A DNA stretch of 64,000 bases from the human T2T-CHM13v2.0 reference genome, Homo sapiens. The stretch is from NCBI RefSeq assembly GCF_009914755.1, contig NC_060927.1; one strand, written 5' to 3'. How positions within the stretch are numbered: the stretch's first letter is position 1; each line of letters starts with the position of its first letter. A program made the position numbers and the translations under genes. The notes below the pieces were generated by a model. That model did not search any database, was not told where the DNA came from, and was given only the letters and a program-made list of their open reading frames with translations. Shown here one piece after another: positions 12,691 to 23,652 of this stretch.

Positions 12691-14099
12691 TATTGCAGAG
12701 CTACAATAGCTTTGTAGTAAATGTGATCTTAATATGAACATATGTCAGGAGGAAAATGAAACATAGGCAAGGAAAAGACATATTCATTGTTTTTAATAAC
12801 CAAAATACACCTAGAGCTGTTGTACAGATCATTATTGTCTGGAAGCATGATCAATCCAGATTTGCACTGTGGTTTGGTGTGTTGTGATAGCATATCAAGT
12901 TTTAAGTTATAGTCATTTTAATCTATATGAGGATCCGATTATTTCATTGTTATTACATAATTATTTATTGGGTTAGTTGGCAAAACAACAGCTATATTAC
13001 AATATTTAGGATTCTGGAGATCACACCAGTGTACATGACAATGATCATAGAAATTAACAAGAGCATAATTATTAAAAACCGGAGGACCCTTCTGAGCCCG
13101 TCACCTTTGTTTCACAAACCCCACCAATGAGCTAGGTCTAAGGCAACCTAGAAGAAATTTCTTGCCTTGGTGTCAGTCTGTTTGAGAAGTCATCTATTTT
13201 TCAAATTTTAGTATTTCTACCTAAAATTTATTTGACAACTTTAAAGGTTTTAGAAATGCCTCTAGGACTATAAGTACAAAATCCTTCACCAAAGACAGCA
13301 AAATAACTTGCCTGTAAGACTTAATAAAGATAGATGATGGTTCTGTTATATTCAGCTACTTGCCCATTTTTGACTAGTGTACTATTAGGTATGTCAATAA
13401 TTGTTTTGTTGGAATTGCCTGTGACTGGGTAATTCTTTTTTATGACATGAATAATCCTCCTAGCTTTTTGAACTTCTTTCATAGCTTGAATTGAGGCAGC
13501 ACTGGAACAGAAAATGGCAGTTTAAAATCCTTTATTTGTGAAAAGGTGGAATGATTTAGCACTCATTTGTTAAGTTCTTATTGATCTAGAATATCATCTT
13601 TTTCCATAATTAGTCAGCTACATTTCTCCACTTTCATACCTTAATGGTTTGTATCTGTGAGGATCCCCAAAGAGGCTGTGAGTTCTAACTGGCCCTGTGA
13701 GATAAACTTGAGGCAATACTCCAAGGTAACATGTACTCACTAGACCTGAGTAATATGTTATTTTTCTGGGAAACCAAATGTAACTCAGTTCCACAAATGC
13801 AGTATTAAAAATTAGAAGCTACACTTGAATAATTTTCTTGCCAACATGTTGCAGTTGAATTATTTAGCAACTTTGTTTCCATTTTGCATTATATAAAGAA
13901 AGTAGTTTCCACCCATGCACCTACTCCCTAACCATATCCCCAGCTAAAGATGAGGGAATAAGAAAGGACATATCATGTCCTTCGACTCAGTGTCTCCTGT
14001 TAAGCTTTCCTCATGGCACAGCCATATGAAGGCAACTGTGTTTGCCATCAGTAGTACCCACTCCATTGTTTACTTTTGTGTATATGACATCACAATGTA

Positions 14100-14653
14100 T
14101 GAAGGAGATAGGAGCATGCTACTTCAAATGTGCTACTTTCGCATGTTAGTCATTTTGAGCTGAAAGCATTTGGGAAACATCAGATGCAGGGAAGGCTCTC
14201 TAATCTATTCTTTTCTACCTAAGAAGAGGCCATAAAATATCTCATGAGAAAGGTATTCTCCCCATACCAGAATGAGAACATCCTTATCACCAGAGACTGG
14301 GTATCAACACTGAAATGAATCTGTACAAACAAACTTACCAAAATAACTCTTACCTTCAACTAATTTTACCCTCCACCCCCATTATTTGTCTCCTAGTCAC
14401 TTCTAGGAGTGAAAAAAACTTATTGCCCCAAGCACCTTTGTCTTGTATTTGATCACAAATTTAACATTTCTTTGTCTAAGAGGTTAACTAGCTTTCTGAT
14501 CTAGTGACTTCTTTGAGTATTCAAGGTCCCATATATGTATAAACATTTAATAAAACAGAAGCATTTCTCTTATTAATTGGTCTTATGTCAGTTTAATTTT
14601 TACACCCAGCTGAAAATCATAAGAGAGCAGAGGATTTCTTTTTCTCCTCAAGA
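14100..14653 (+). mobile_element. ERV1 solo LTR, MER34/MER39-like
   Basis: Starts TGAAGGAGATAGGAGCATGCTACTTCAAA...TTTTGAGCTGAAAGCA, with AATAAA near 14549 and a typical 3' end GTCAGTTTAATTTT...TTTCTCCTC. Confidence 0.7.
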
Positions 14654-16699
14654 AGTACATTAAGCCTGCCTTCTTCACATCTATAATTATCTTGACTTTA
14701 GAAAAGTCATGAAGGACATTTTTCCATGCTTTGTCTCAGAATGAGTATTTGGATCTTTCTGACAACAGTATAGAGACTAACGAGTCTTTAAAGAGAAATG
14801 GAAGCATATTTAAAAACTTGTATTTTTCCGGGCATTTCAGTATTCAGTGGATCATTTGTAGCCCACTAGTGCTACCATACCATAAAATAACCAATGGCAT
14901 CTATAGAAATAAGAAAAAAAAAAGGTTAGCATGAAAGAAAAATTTTCCTCATTTACATGACAAGAAGTGAGCACCAAAGAAGGCTGAGTAGAATGACTGC
15001 ACTAAGAAATAAAACACAGAACAGAACTAAAACCAAACACAAGTAAAATGATACAGAAAGAAACAACAACAGAAAAGACAATGTCTTGATCTAGTGTCTT
15101 AGGTGGAAGATGTGTATAGGTGGAAGATGTGTACCTCACTCTGTGGTCAGCCTGAGTTATGTTCTTGGGATAACTCTTATAATTTCCAATGTCTTAGGTT
15201 TACAGAGGACTTTCTGAGAATCTATAGTTTTAAAGCTCTCATTGGTATAAAGACATAGATGATGACGAGTGAAAATTTTTTGTCTTCTCAGATGAAATTC
15301 ATGAATCCAAGGCCTTATTTCTTGGTGAGTAACTACTATGCCAGTAGTTGAAAGTATAAGTTGTTTTTTTTTTAATGTGATCCCAAGAAATATTTTTTAT
15401 GTCTTTTCCAGAAGATGAAGTCCCCAGGTTTTCAAGCATGTGGAGGCTACCTGGAAGTATCCTGAGGAAAGGCAGGTTGTATTTCAATGCCTTATGGCTC
15501 AATGTATTTCCTAGGTCCCCTCAATACTTTGTCACGTCGTCTTGAATGAATGTGGAGTTCAAAATTAGGGGAAAAAAATACTGAATGTCATAGAATGACT
15601 CCTGATTAGTTTTATGTGAGAAGCAATGGTTGTTGGAGATCATAAGGTCCATAGGTATCACAGTCGTGTCAGACTGTTTGACAGTACAAATTTAAAATTT
15701 CTGTTGGTTTTCTGTAAGCTTCCTGAAAATTGAGGTGAAAAAAAAATACAATGTCTTTACCAGTGGCAAGGCCTCCCAAAGCTCTTTCCTGCTGTCTCAA
15801 CAAAGTGGTTGCCCTTGTCATTAGCATAAGAGGTTGGAATTTCTTAGGATGAAAACTCAAAATATAACAACATTTTTGCTTCCACCATGACCATACCTGT
15901 CCAGCAAGGTAAGTTTGCAATTCATCTTTAGAATAAGAAAACAATTTATTAAAATTTTATCCCAGGCATGGTTTTATGAAATCTATCTAGAGGTTTTTAA
16001 AAGAATCCTGAAGCTTGGGTTCTTTCCATGTTATTCCCTTGCAGTTTAACAATATTATGTTGGTGATATATGAGAGATTCACCAGAGATAGCCTTAGTAA
16101 TATTGGTAAAGTTTGCCCAGTGACGTTGATTGAATAAGTGGATTTTTTTTTTTTTTTGGCCTATGGTGAGTAATTTGATGCAATGTTTTTTTGTTTGTTT
16201 GTTTGTTTTTGGTTTTTTTTGCAAGACTCCATTTGATGCTATGTGGTGTTATCAAATGTGCTAAAAAGGCTGGTGGCGATTAGAGATTACAATTATGTTT
16301 TCCCAAATATCTCCTTCCAGATTCTGGAGAAATTGTTGACATTTCATAATGGGCTCTTTGAAACTCTCCAAAAAGCATTTTGGATCATTATAGGACAAGG
16401 TCAGTGAATGCTGCCTACATGGTATAATGATCAGCAAAGACATTTCTTCTCTATTATTCTTTTTCGTATGAGCCATTATCTTTATAGATTTAGGCAGTGT
16501 AGTGCTTGAATATCTTTAACATGTTTGTCAGTCTTAATGAAGATTCAGCTGAAATCAATAAATCCTGTTATTTCCACAACATTCCAAATTATGGACTATG
16601 TTAAAAAATAATAATAATAATGAAATTTAAAAAGCATTTCTCCTATCAGGAAATACATTACCTTCTTAAATTTTTCATTTCAATTTATCAATTAATTAA

Positions 16700-16978
16700 T
16701 ATTTACCGAGACAGGGTCTTGCTCTGTTATCCAGGTTGGAGTGCAATTGTCTTATAATGGCTCACAGCAGCCTCGATCTTCCAAGATCAAATAATCCTTT
16801 CACTTCAGCTTCCCAAGTTGCTGGGACTACAGGCATGCACCATCATGGCTAGCTAATTTTTTAGTTTTTTTGTAGAGATTGGGTCTTGCTATGTTTTCCA
16901 GCCTGGTCTTGAACTCCTGGGCTCAAGTGATCCCTTAGCCTCTGCCTCCATTACAGATATGAGCCACTGAACCTGTCC
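16700..16978 (-). mobile_element. AluJ
   Basis: GAGACAGGGTCTTGCTCTG...GCTCACAGCAGCCTCGA...GAACTCCTGGGCTCAAGTGATCC. Confidence 0.93.
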
Positions 16979-17735
16979 TCTCTTATTTCTCAATATTCAG
17001 CAAGCTGCAATGAATGACAGGAGTTATGCAATCCAAACAGAGTTTGTCCGGTGAGAAGAAATATCCTAGGGGTTAGTTAACATCTTTTTTATTGTGTCCT
17101 GCCTATTATTTTCATGTTCCTGTCATAAAGTATTGCATCTCAAAATGAAAGACTAAATAAAGTTTCCAGTGAACAGATTTTTGATAAATGTACCTGGAAT
17201 ATGAACAGTTTTACATAGAGATAGGAGAGCACTTATGAATTTCCTCTTATTTTGGTAGTAAAAGAAAAGTTGGATGGAAATGTGTGAGGACGAAAATGGT
17301 ATAAGAATTTTTGCTTCCTAGGTATAAATCATGCCCTAGAGAATTTATTTATTTTTATAATAGTAAAATGTAAATTTGGAATTTTAAGATTCTTTCTGAG
17401 CTAAAACAGCAGATAGGTTGCTGTAATCAGTTTTAGATACTCACCTCATATAAGAACATACCAATACGCCATTTGCATATTTGGACAAAAATAGAATTTA
17501 AGGGAGATTGAAGAGTCTTCAAAGTTCTGGCTAAGGGCTTATAAAAACTAGAAAAGTACTTCAATGAACTCCTGAGATGTAACTGTCCTGGTATATTCTT
17601 CTGTTTTCTGTAAAAAAGAAAGTGGATGTTTACTTTTTGTTGTAAAGAGACACTAATTGTAAAGGATATAGGCCAGGAGACAGAGAATATAAGTGGGTTA
17701 TTAGAAACAGACTCTGAGGCACAATTTATGTAAGA

Positions 17736-17883
17736 GTGTCAGGAGTTTAAGGTAGATATTCCCTGTCTATATCTATCAAAGTGTGTAGGGTTTTCATTTA
17801 ATATTTAGGGTGTCAGGAGTTTAAGGTAGATATTCCCTGTCTATGTCTATCAAAGTGTGTAGGGTTTTCATTTAATATTTAGG
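17736..17883. repeat. Tandem duplication, 2 x 74 bp, one mismatch
   Basis: GTGTCAGGAGTTTAAGGTAGATATTCCCTGTCTAT(A/G)TCTATCAAAGTGTGTAGGGTTTTCATTTAATATTTAGG occurs at 17736 and 17810. Confidence 0.97.
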
Positions 17884-18651
17884 CAATTTTTTGTGTGTGT
17901 GAGTGTTTAGGATAAAATAGGAAACGGGGCACTTGGTTCTCACTAACAGCTTCATTAATCAGCTGCCTAATTTTATTTATCCTTCAGCTTCTTATTGAAC
18001 ACAGTATATGGACAATTGTTTACCCAAAGTTGTTTTCTGCTTACAATTCTACAAGTATCTTTACCAAAATGCTCTCTTCCTTGGTATATAATGTCTAGAT
18101 GGAAGCAGGTACCTGTTTTGTATATAAGGTCATCAACATCGATTTTTCCTGGGTCTTATTCTCTTTTTATTCTAAGGCTCTCAAACTACTCAGAAAATAA
18201 TTGGAGATTTGGCAGGAGGATTATTTCCCATTCCAGGTATTGCTGCATTTAAAATTTTCTATTTCTGGCTTAAGGTTGGTCACACACCATGAAGAGAAAG
18301 GTTGAGAACATCTGTTTCAGAATTTACACCTGATTGTTACATAAAAGTATTAAATAACCTGTTCCTGAAGTCTGCTAAGGAACTATCATTTTGTTGGCAG
18401 AACTATATTAAAATATAATCTAGTTTCACAATAAAGAAGTTGGAAAGAGGCTCCAAAGACATTGTCTATCTTTTAGAAACCAGTTTAAATTCTTATGTAA
18501 TAAGAAATTTCTTAAATCAGTCTTAGGATTTTTCTGCTCAGCATTTGCCATCCATTATTTGCATGTGAAGTTCTTTGTGTTTCTAGAACTGTTATAAATT
18601 ATTCTATAAATTCCCATCCATCTTTCTAGGTTTTGGACTCAACTAGCCTTT

Positions 18652-18946
<295 letters not shown>

Positions 18947-19375
18947 TTAAAGAGCTTGTTCTATTTTAATTATGGTTTAACTTTAGCAGGTCATTAAGCA
19001 TTGGGAATTGGGAATTTCTGGGTGGTCAGCAGGGTTAGTCAGATGGAAGAGTAGAAGCAGAGTGATGGAAATATAAAAGCCATTATGTCCAATTTATTGT
19101 TTGGGTATCTAAAAGAGAGGTAGATTTAAGTTTTGCACATTTTTTAAAATTTGCCTTGCTGACAGAATTTAAAAAAAAAAAACAAAAAACTGTAATCTGA
19201 GTTTGTTTTGAAGCATTCTCATTTACATCAAAATGCAGACCAATGGATGTTTGAGATTTTGCCGTTTTTCATTTCAAGGTGTATTTCAAAATAATACTTT
19301 TGTATAAGTTCATTATTGGTGAGCACAATAAGAAAATGGTTTAGTGAGCAATCTATTTTTTGACAAGTGTATGAT

Positions 19376-19747
19376 TGATATGGTTTGGCTGTGTCCCCAC
19401 CCAAATCTAATCTTGAATTGTAGCTGCCATAATCCCTACGTGTTGTGGGAGCTACTTGGTGGGAGGCACTTTAATCACGGAGGCAGTTTTCCCCACATTC
19501 CTGTTCTTGAGATAATGAGTGAGTTCTCATGAGATCTGATGGTATTATAAGTGGATTTTTCCCCTTTTTCTCAGCATTTCTCTTTGCTGCTGCCATGTGA
19601 AGAAGAATGTGTTTGCTTCCCCTTCCTCCATGATTGTAAATTTCCTGAGGCCTTCCTAACCATGTGGAACTGTGAGTCAGTTAAACCTCTCTCCTTTATA
19701 AATTACCCAGTTTCGAGCAGTCCTTTTTAGCAGCATGAGAATGTACA
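19376..19747 (+). mobile_element. THE1 (B/C-like) solo LTR
   Basis: TGATATGGTTTGGCTGTGTCCCCACCCAAATCT...TGTGGAACTGTGAGTCAGTTAAACCTC...AGCAGCATGAGAATG. Confidence 0.92.
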
Positions 19748-20136
19748 ATTTTTTTCCTTTTTCTTTTTTTAGTGTACAGTTTATTGCCCCATAAGGTAAT
19801 GATTGCCCAGAAGAATAAACTGCCTGAATAAACTGTTTTTTAAGAATTTTCCAGAGCAAATTTTAAGATTATTTAGTGATTTATGAACTTATTTTCTGGA
19901 TAAGTATTTTCTGAAATAAACACCTAAAACTTACAATTATGAAGATTGTCTAAGTCCCAATAGTTGAATTATATTCATGGTCTTAATTCCACAGAAAAGT
20001 CAACTTTTTGATAATGAAAGTAGGTTATTTGTATCATTTGTGTCATTTGCTCTTAAACTTACTTACAAATCAAAGGTTGACTTTGCATACTATGTGGCCG
20101 AGACCTTTTCCAGGTCTAGGAAACACATAAATACTG

Positions 20137-20731
20137 TGTAGTAAAGAATGTAGCCATTCCCAAAGAGAAGTCTGGCCTTTGCCCTCAGCTCCTGGGAGAA
20201 ATCACTAATGCCTTTGAAAGTCCTGCTTAATAAAGTGTTTGTTTGCTTGGGGCCTTGGGCATGCCAGGTAATCTAACAATATGATATATGGTAGAGACTT
20301 TGGGTCATACGGCATCAGCTGGACCACTGGAGGGCCTGGAGAGTGAGGTTAGCCATGTAGTGACAGAGCCCGATAAAGACTCTGGGCATCATGTTTTGAG
20401 TGTGCTTTCATGGTTGCTACAGCTACACATATATCATGACATATAATTGCTTGATGAAGTTAATTCCATGTGTTCTTTCTATGGGGAAAGTACCACTGGA
20501 AAATCTATGTTTGGAACCTTCTGAATTCTGCCCATGTGATTCTTCCTTTGGATGACTTTATTCTGTGTCTTTTCACTATAATAAAACATAATCATGAGTA
20601 TGACAGTTTTCAGTCAGTTCTGTGAATTCTTCCAGTGAATTATTGAACTTAAAAATGGTGTTAAAAATCCCCAAATCTGTAGCTGGTGTCAGAAGTGAGG
20701 ATGATCTTGTGGACTCTTTCATAATTTCACA
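20137..20731 (+). mobile_element. ERVL-group LTR, MER21/MER68-like
   Basis: TGTAGTAAAGAAT...CCCAAAGAGAAGTCTGGCCTTTGCCCTCAGCTCCTGGGAG, AATAAA at 20581, GTTCTGTGAATTCTTCCAGTGAATTATTGAAC. Confidence 0.7.
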
Positions 20732-20989
20732 TGCAAATATATACGTATTTATATACACATATATATATTTGCCTTTCTCACATCTAATATATGAGATAGA
20801 TTTATAAATCATGTTACTCTTTCAGATGCTACATAGTGCATGTTTGTCATGCCTATGTATCAGGAACTCAATCACATATATCTGAAAATTCAACTATTAT
20901 AAAAATATTATAGAAGCTTTTATTTGAGAATGAATACTAAAATTCATTAGTTATTCTCAGATTTTCTAATTTAAGTTAAAATTTATTCA

Positions 20990-21432
20990 ATGGCACTGGC
21001 TAAAGCATGGTAAGGCAAAATGTAGTCAGGACCACCTCAGCAGATATAGGAACCACTCTAATGGGATTTTGCAGTGGGCGAGAGAGAGTGTGCTTAACTC
21101 CAAACACAGCATGGGCAAGTGGGAATTCACATCCAAAGAGCAGGGTGAGGATCAGTGGATGGAAAATTACTAAGAGGAATCATCAGAAATAAAGGGGATT
21201 CTGGCTAAATGGATTTTCAACAGGATTCTTGCTGAAGACAGGCCAGTGTGTGCAGATATCACTTGAGAGATTGTAGAGAATAAGAAACCTGATCAGATAT
21301 TCAAGGTGATCAGATACTGAGTGGGGTGTTCTTGCTGAACCGACAGTAGAGTTCTTGTTAAAACGGAATTTTTAAGTGAAGTGCACAGATGTGCTTAGGA
21401 CAAGTTTCAGGAGTCAGAGAAAAAAATCTTTG
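20990..21432 (-). mobile_element. ERV1 LTR, MER67/MER31-group
   Basis: GAGCAGGGTGAGGATCAGTGGATGGAAAATTACTAAGAGG and GAAGTGCACAGATGTGCTTAGG recalled from this LTR group. Confidence 0.65.
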
Positions 21433-21433
21433 T

Positions 21434-21475
<42 letters not shown>
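21430..21475. repeat. (TG)n(TA)n compound microsatellite
   Basis: Directly visible. Confidence 0.95.
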
Positions 21476-21477
<2 letters not shown>

Positions 21478-22467
21478 AACTGTAGTTTAGTCAAAAATAT
21501 GTAAAATATTAATACGAGCTCATTTAAATGCCTCCACATAGTTAAATTTCTATGCATTGTTGTTCCTCTGCCTCATTCTAAATGTTAATTTGAAAAATTT
21601 CTCTATTATATTTGCCAATATTTCTTATAGAAGGAACTTCATGACCAATTATTTCTTTAATTGAAAATAAAAGAAACCAATCTTATCAATACAAAGAAAA
21701 ATGAATCTGGAGAGGATATTGTTTCTGAAAAAAATTTATTAATATTATACTAAATGCCAATGCAAGTTTTCTGAAACAGAGCAGATGATTATTTGCTCAC
21801 AGCAAATAATGCACCAGTTTTCCTGTGCCACCATGTCAGGGTGCCAATCTCCTATTCCTTCCAGGATGATGTAATGAAAATGAGATGTCATCCTAATATA
21901 CCAAGTTGGTATTAGAGTGTAGGAACTGTGCATTTATTAGGAATGAGAGGAAACTGCTGTCCCCACTTTCCCCTTCCGAGAAAGTCTTCATAGAAATATA
22001 ATGAGAAGGATCCTAAAATATTATACTTTAAAATGTAAATAAATCTCTTCAAGGGAAGGAGATAAGACTAGAGTCTCCAGCTTTACCAATCAGGAATATC
22101 TATAGGGTCCCAGGGATCTCAGGCTGCTTTGAAAATATAAACATATACCTCTAGAGTAGTAAATCTCCTTGGTGTTCTCACTGGCTATGAAGTCATTAAT
22201 TAAGTTCTAAGCCTTGTCTTTTAGCACTGTTCTCAAATTGTACTAAAATTTTTCAGGAAGACTTAGTTATACAGAAACATAAAAAATATTTACAGCCTCC
22301 AAATGGGTAACATCTGACTCCTTTCTAATATTTGGTTAGCTTTTGTTTTGTTCTAATAATTATATAATCTACATTTTTGAATAGCAGTTACAAACACAAT
22401 GGATAAGTAGACCTTCAACAGAACATCTTACATGTGGCTAAATGAATTCTGAATTAATTCCACTCTA

Positions 22468-23447
22468 AATATTTGTCTCTTGAAAAGTGTCTGTTCATAT
22501 CCTTTGCCAAATTTTTAATGGGGTTGTTTTGCTTTTGTAAATTTGTTTAAGTTCCTTATAGATGCTAGATATTAGACCTTTGTCAGATGCATAGTCTGCA
22601 GATATTTTCTCCCATTCTGTAGGTTGTCTGTTTACTCTCTTGATAGTTTTCTTTTCCTGTGCAGAAGCACTGAAGTTTAATTAGATGCCATTTGGCAACG
22701 AATAAGCATATGAAAAAAGCTAAATATCACTGATTATTAGAGAAATGCAAATCAAAACCCACAATAAGATACCATCTAACACCAGTGAGAAGGCTATTAT
22801 TAAAAAGTCAAAAAACACCAGATGTTGGCGAGGTTGCAGAGAAAAGGGAACACTTATATACTGTTGGTGGGAGTGTAAATTATTTAAATTATTTCAGCCA
22901 TTGTGGAAAGCAGTATGGTGATTCCTCAAAGAGCTAAAAGCAGAAATACCATTTGACCCAACAATCCCATTACTGGGTATATAACCGGAGAGATCTAAAT
23001 TATTCTACCATAAAGACACACGCACAAGAATGTTCATTACAGGACTATTCATGACAGCAAAGACATGGAATCAACCTAAATGCCAATCAATGACAGATTG
23101 AATAAAGAAAACATGGTACATCTACACCATAGAATACTATGCATTCACAGAAAGAATGAGATCATGTCTTTTGCGAGAACATATATGGAGCTGGAGACTA
23201 TTATCCTTAGCAAACTAACACAGGAACAGAAAACCAAATACTGCATGTTCTCACTTGTAAGTGGGAGCTAAAAGTGAGAATATACGAACACAAAAAAGAG
23301 AACAACAGACACTGGGATCTACTTGAGGGTGGAGTGTAGGAGGTGGGAGGAGGGAGAGAAGCAGAAAAAATAACAATTGGGTACTAGGCTTAATACCTGG
23401 GTGAAAAATAATCTGTACAACAAACCCCCATGACATAAGTTACCTAT
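22468..23447 (+). mobile_element. 5'-truncated older primate L1 (L1PA13-16-like) with inverted 5' segment (22468-~22697 antisense), 3' tail missing
   Basis: Sense ORF2 end and 3'UTR from ~22698 (AGAGAAATGCAAATCAAAACC...TTCTCACTTGTAAGTGGGAGCTAA...ACAAACCCCCATGACA). The upstream 230 bp is the reverse complement of the adjacent L1 sequence. Confidence 0.92.
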
Positions 23448-23652
23448 GGGCAGAGAGCTAGGGATGGGTGCTGCTGATTGGATGAGGATGAAATCACAGG
23501 GGTGTGGAAAAGAGTTCTCCTGCATGGAGTCCACATCTGGGTGTGGACAGGGAACAGGTTGAGTCATAAGTCATGGGTCTGGGTAGATTCTGTCATTTGC
23601 CAGAATGTAGACATCTAAAAAATATTTTCAAAAGACCTATATTAGGTTCTAA
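23448..23652 (-). mobile_element. LTR8A-like LTR, distal piece (split by the MER61 provirus, 3' end deleted)
   Basis: GGGTGCTGCTGATTGG...TTGCCAGAATGTAG...TTAGGTTCTA continues in register at 29460 (CTACAATATTGATGTTA). Confidence 0.8.
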
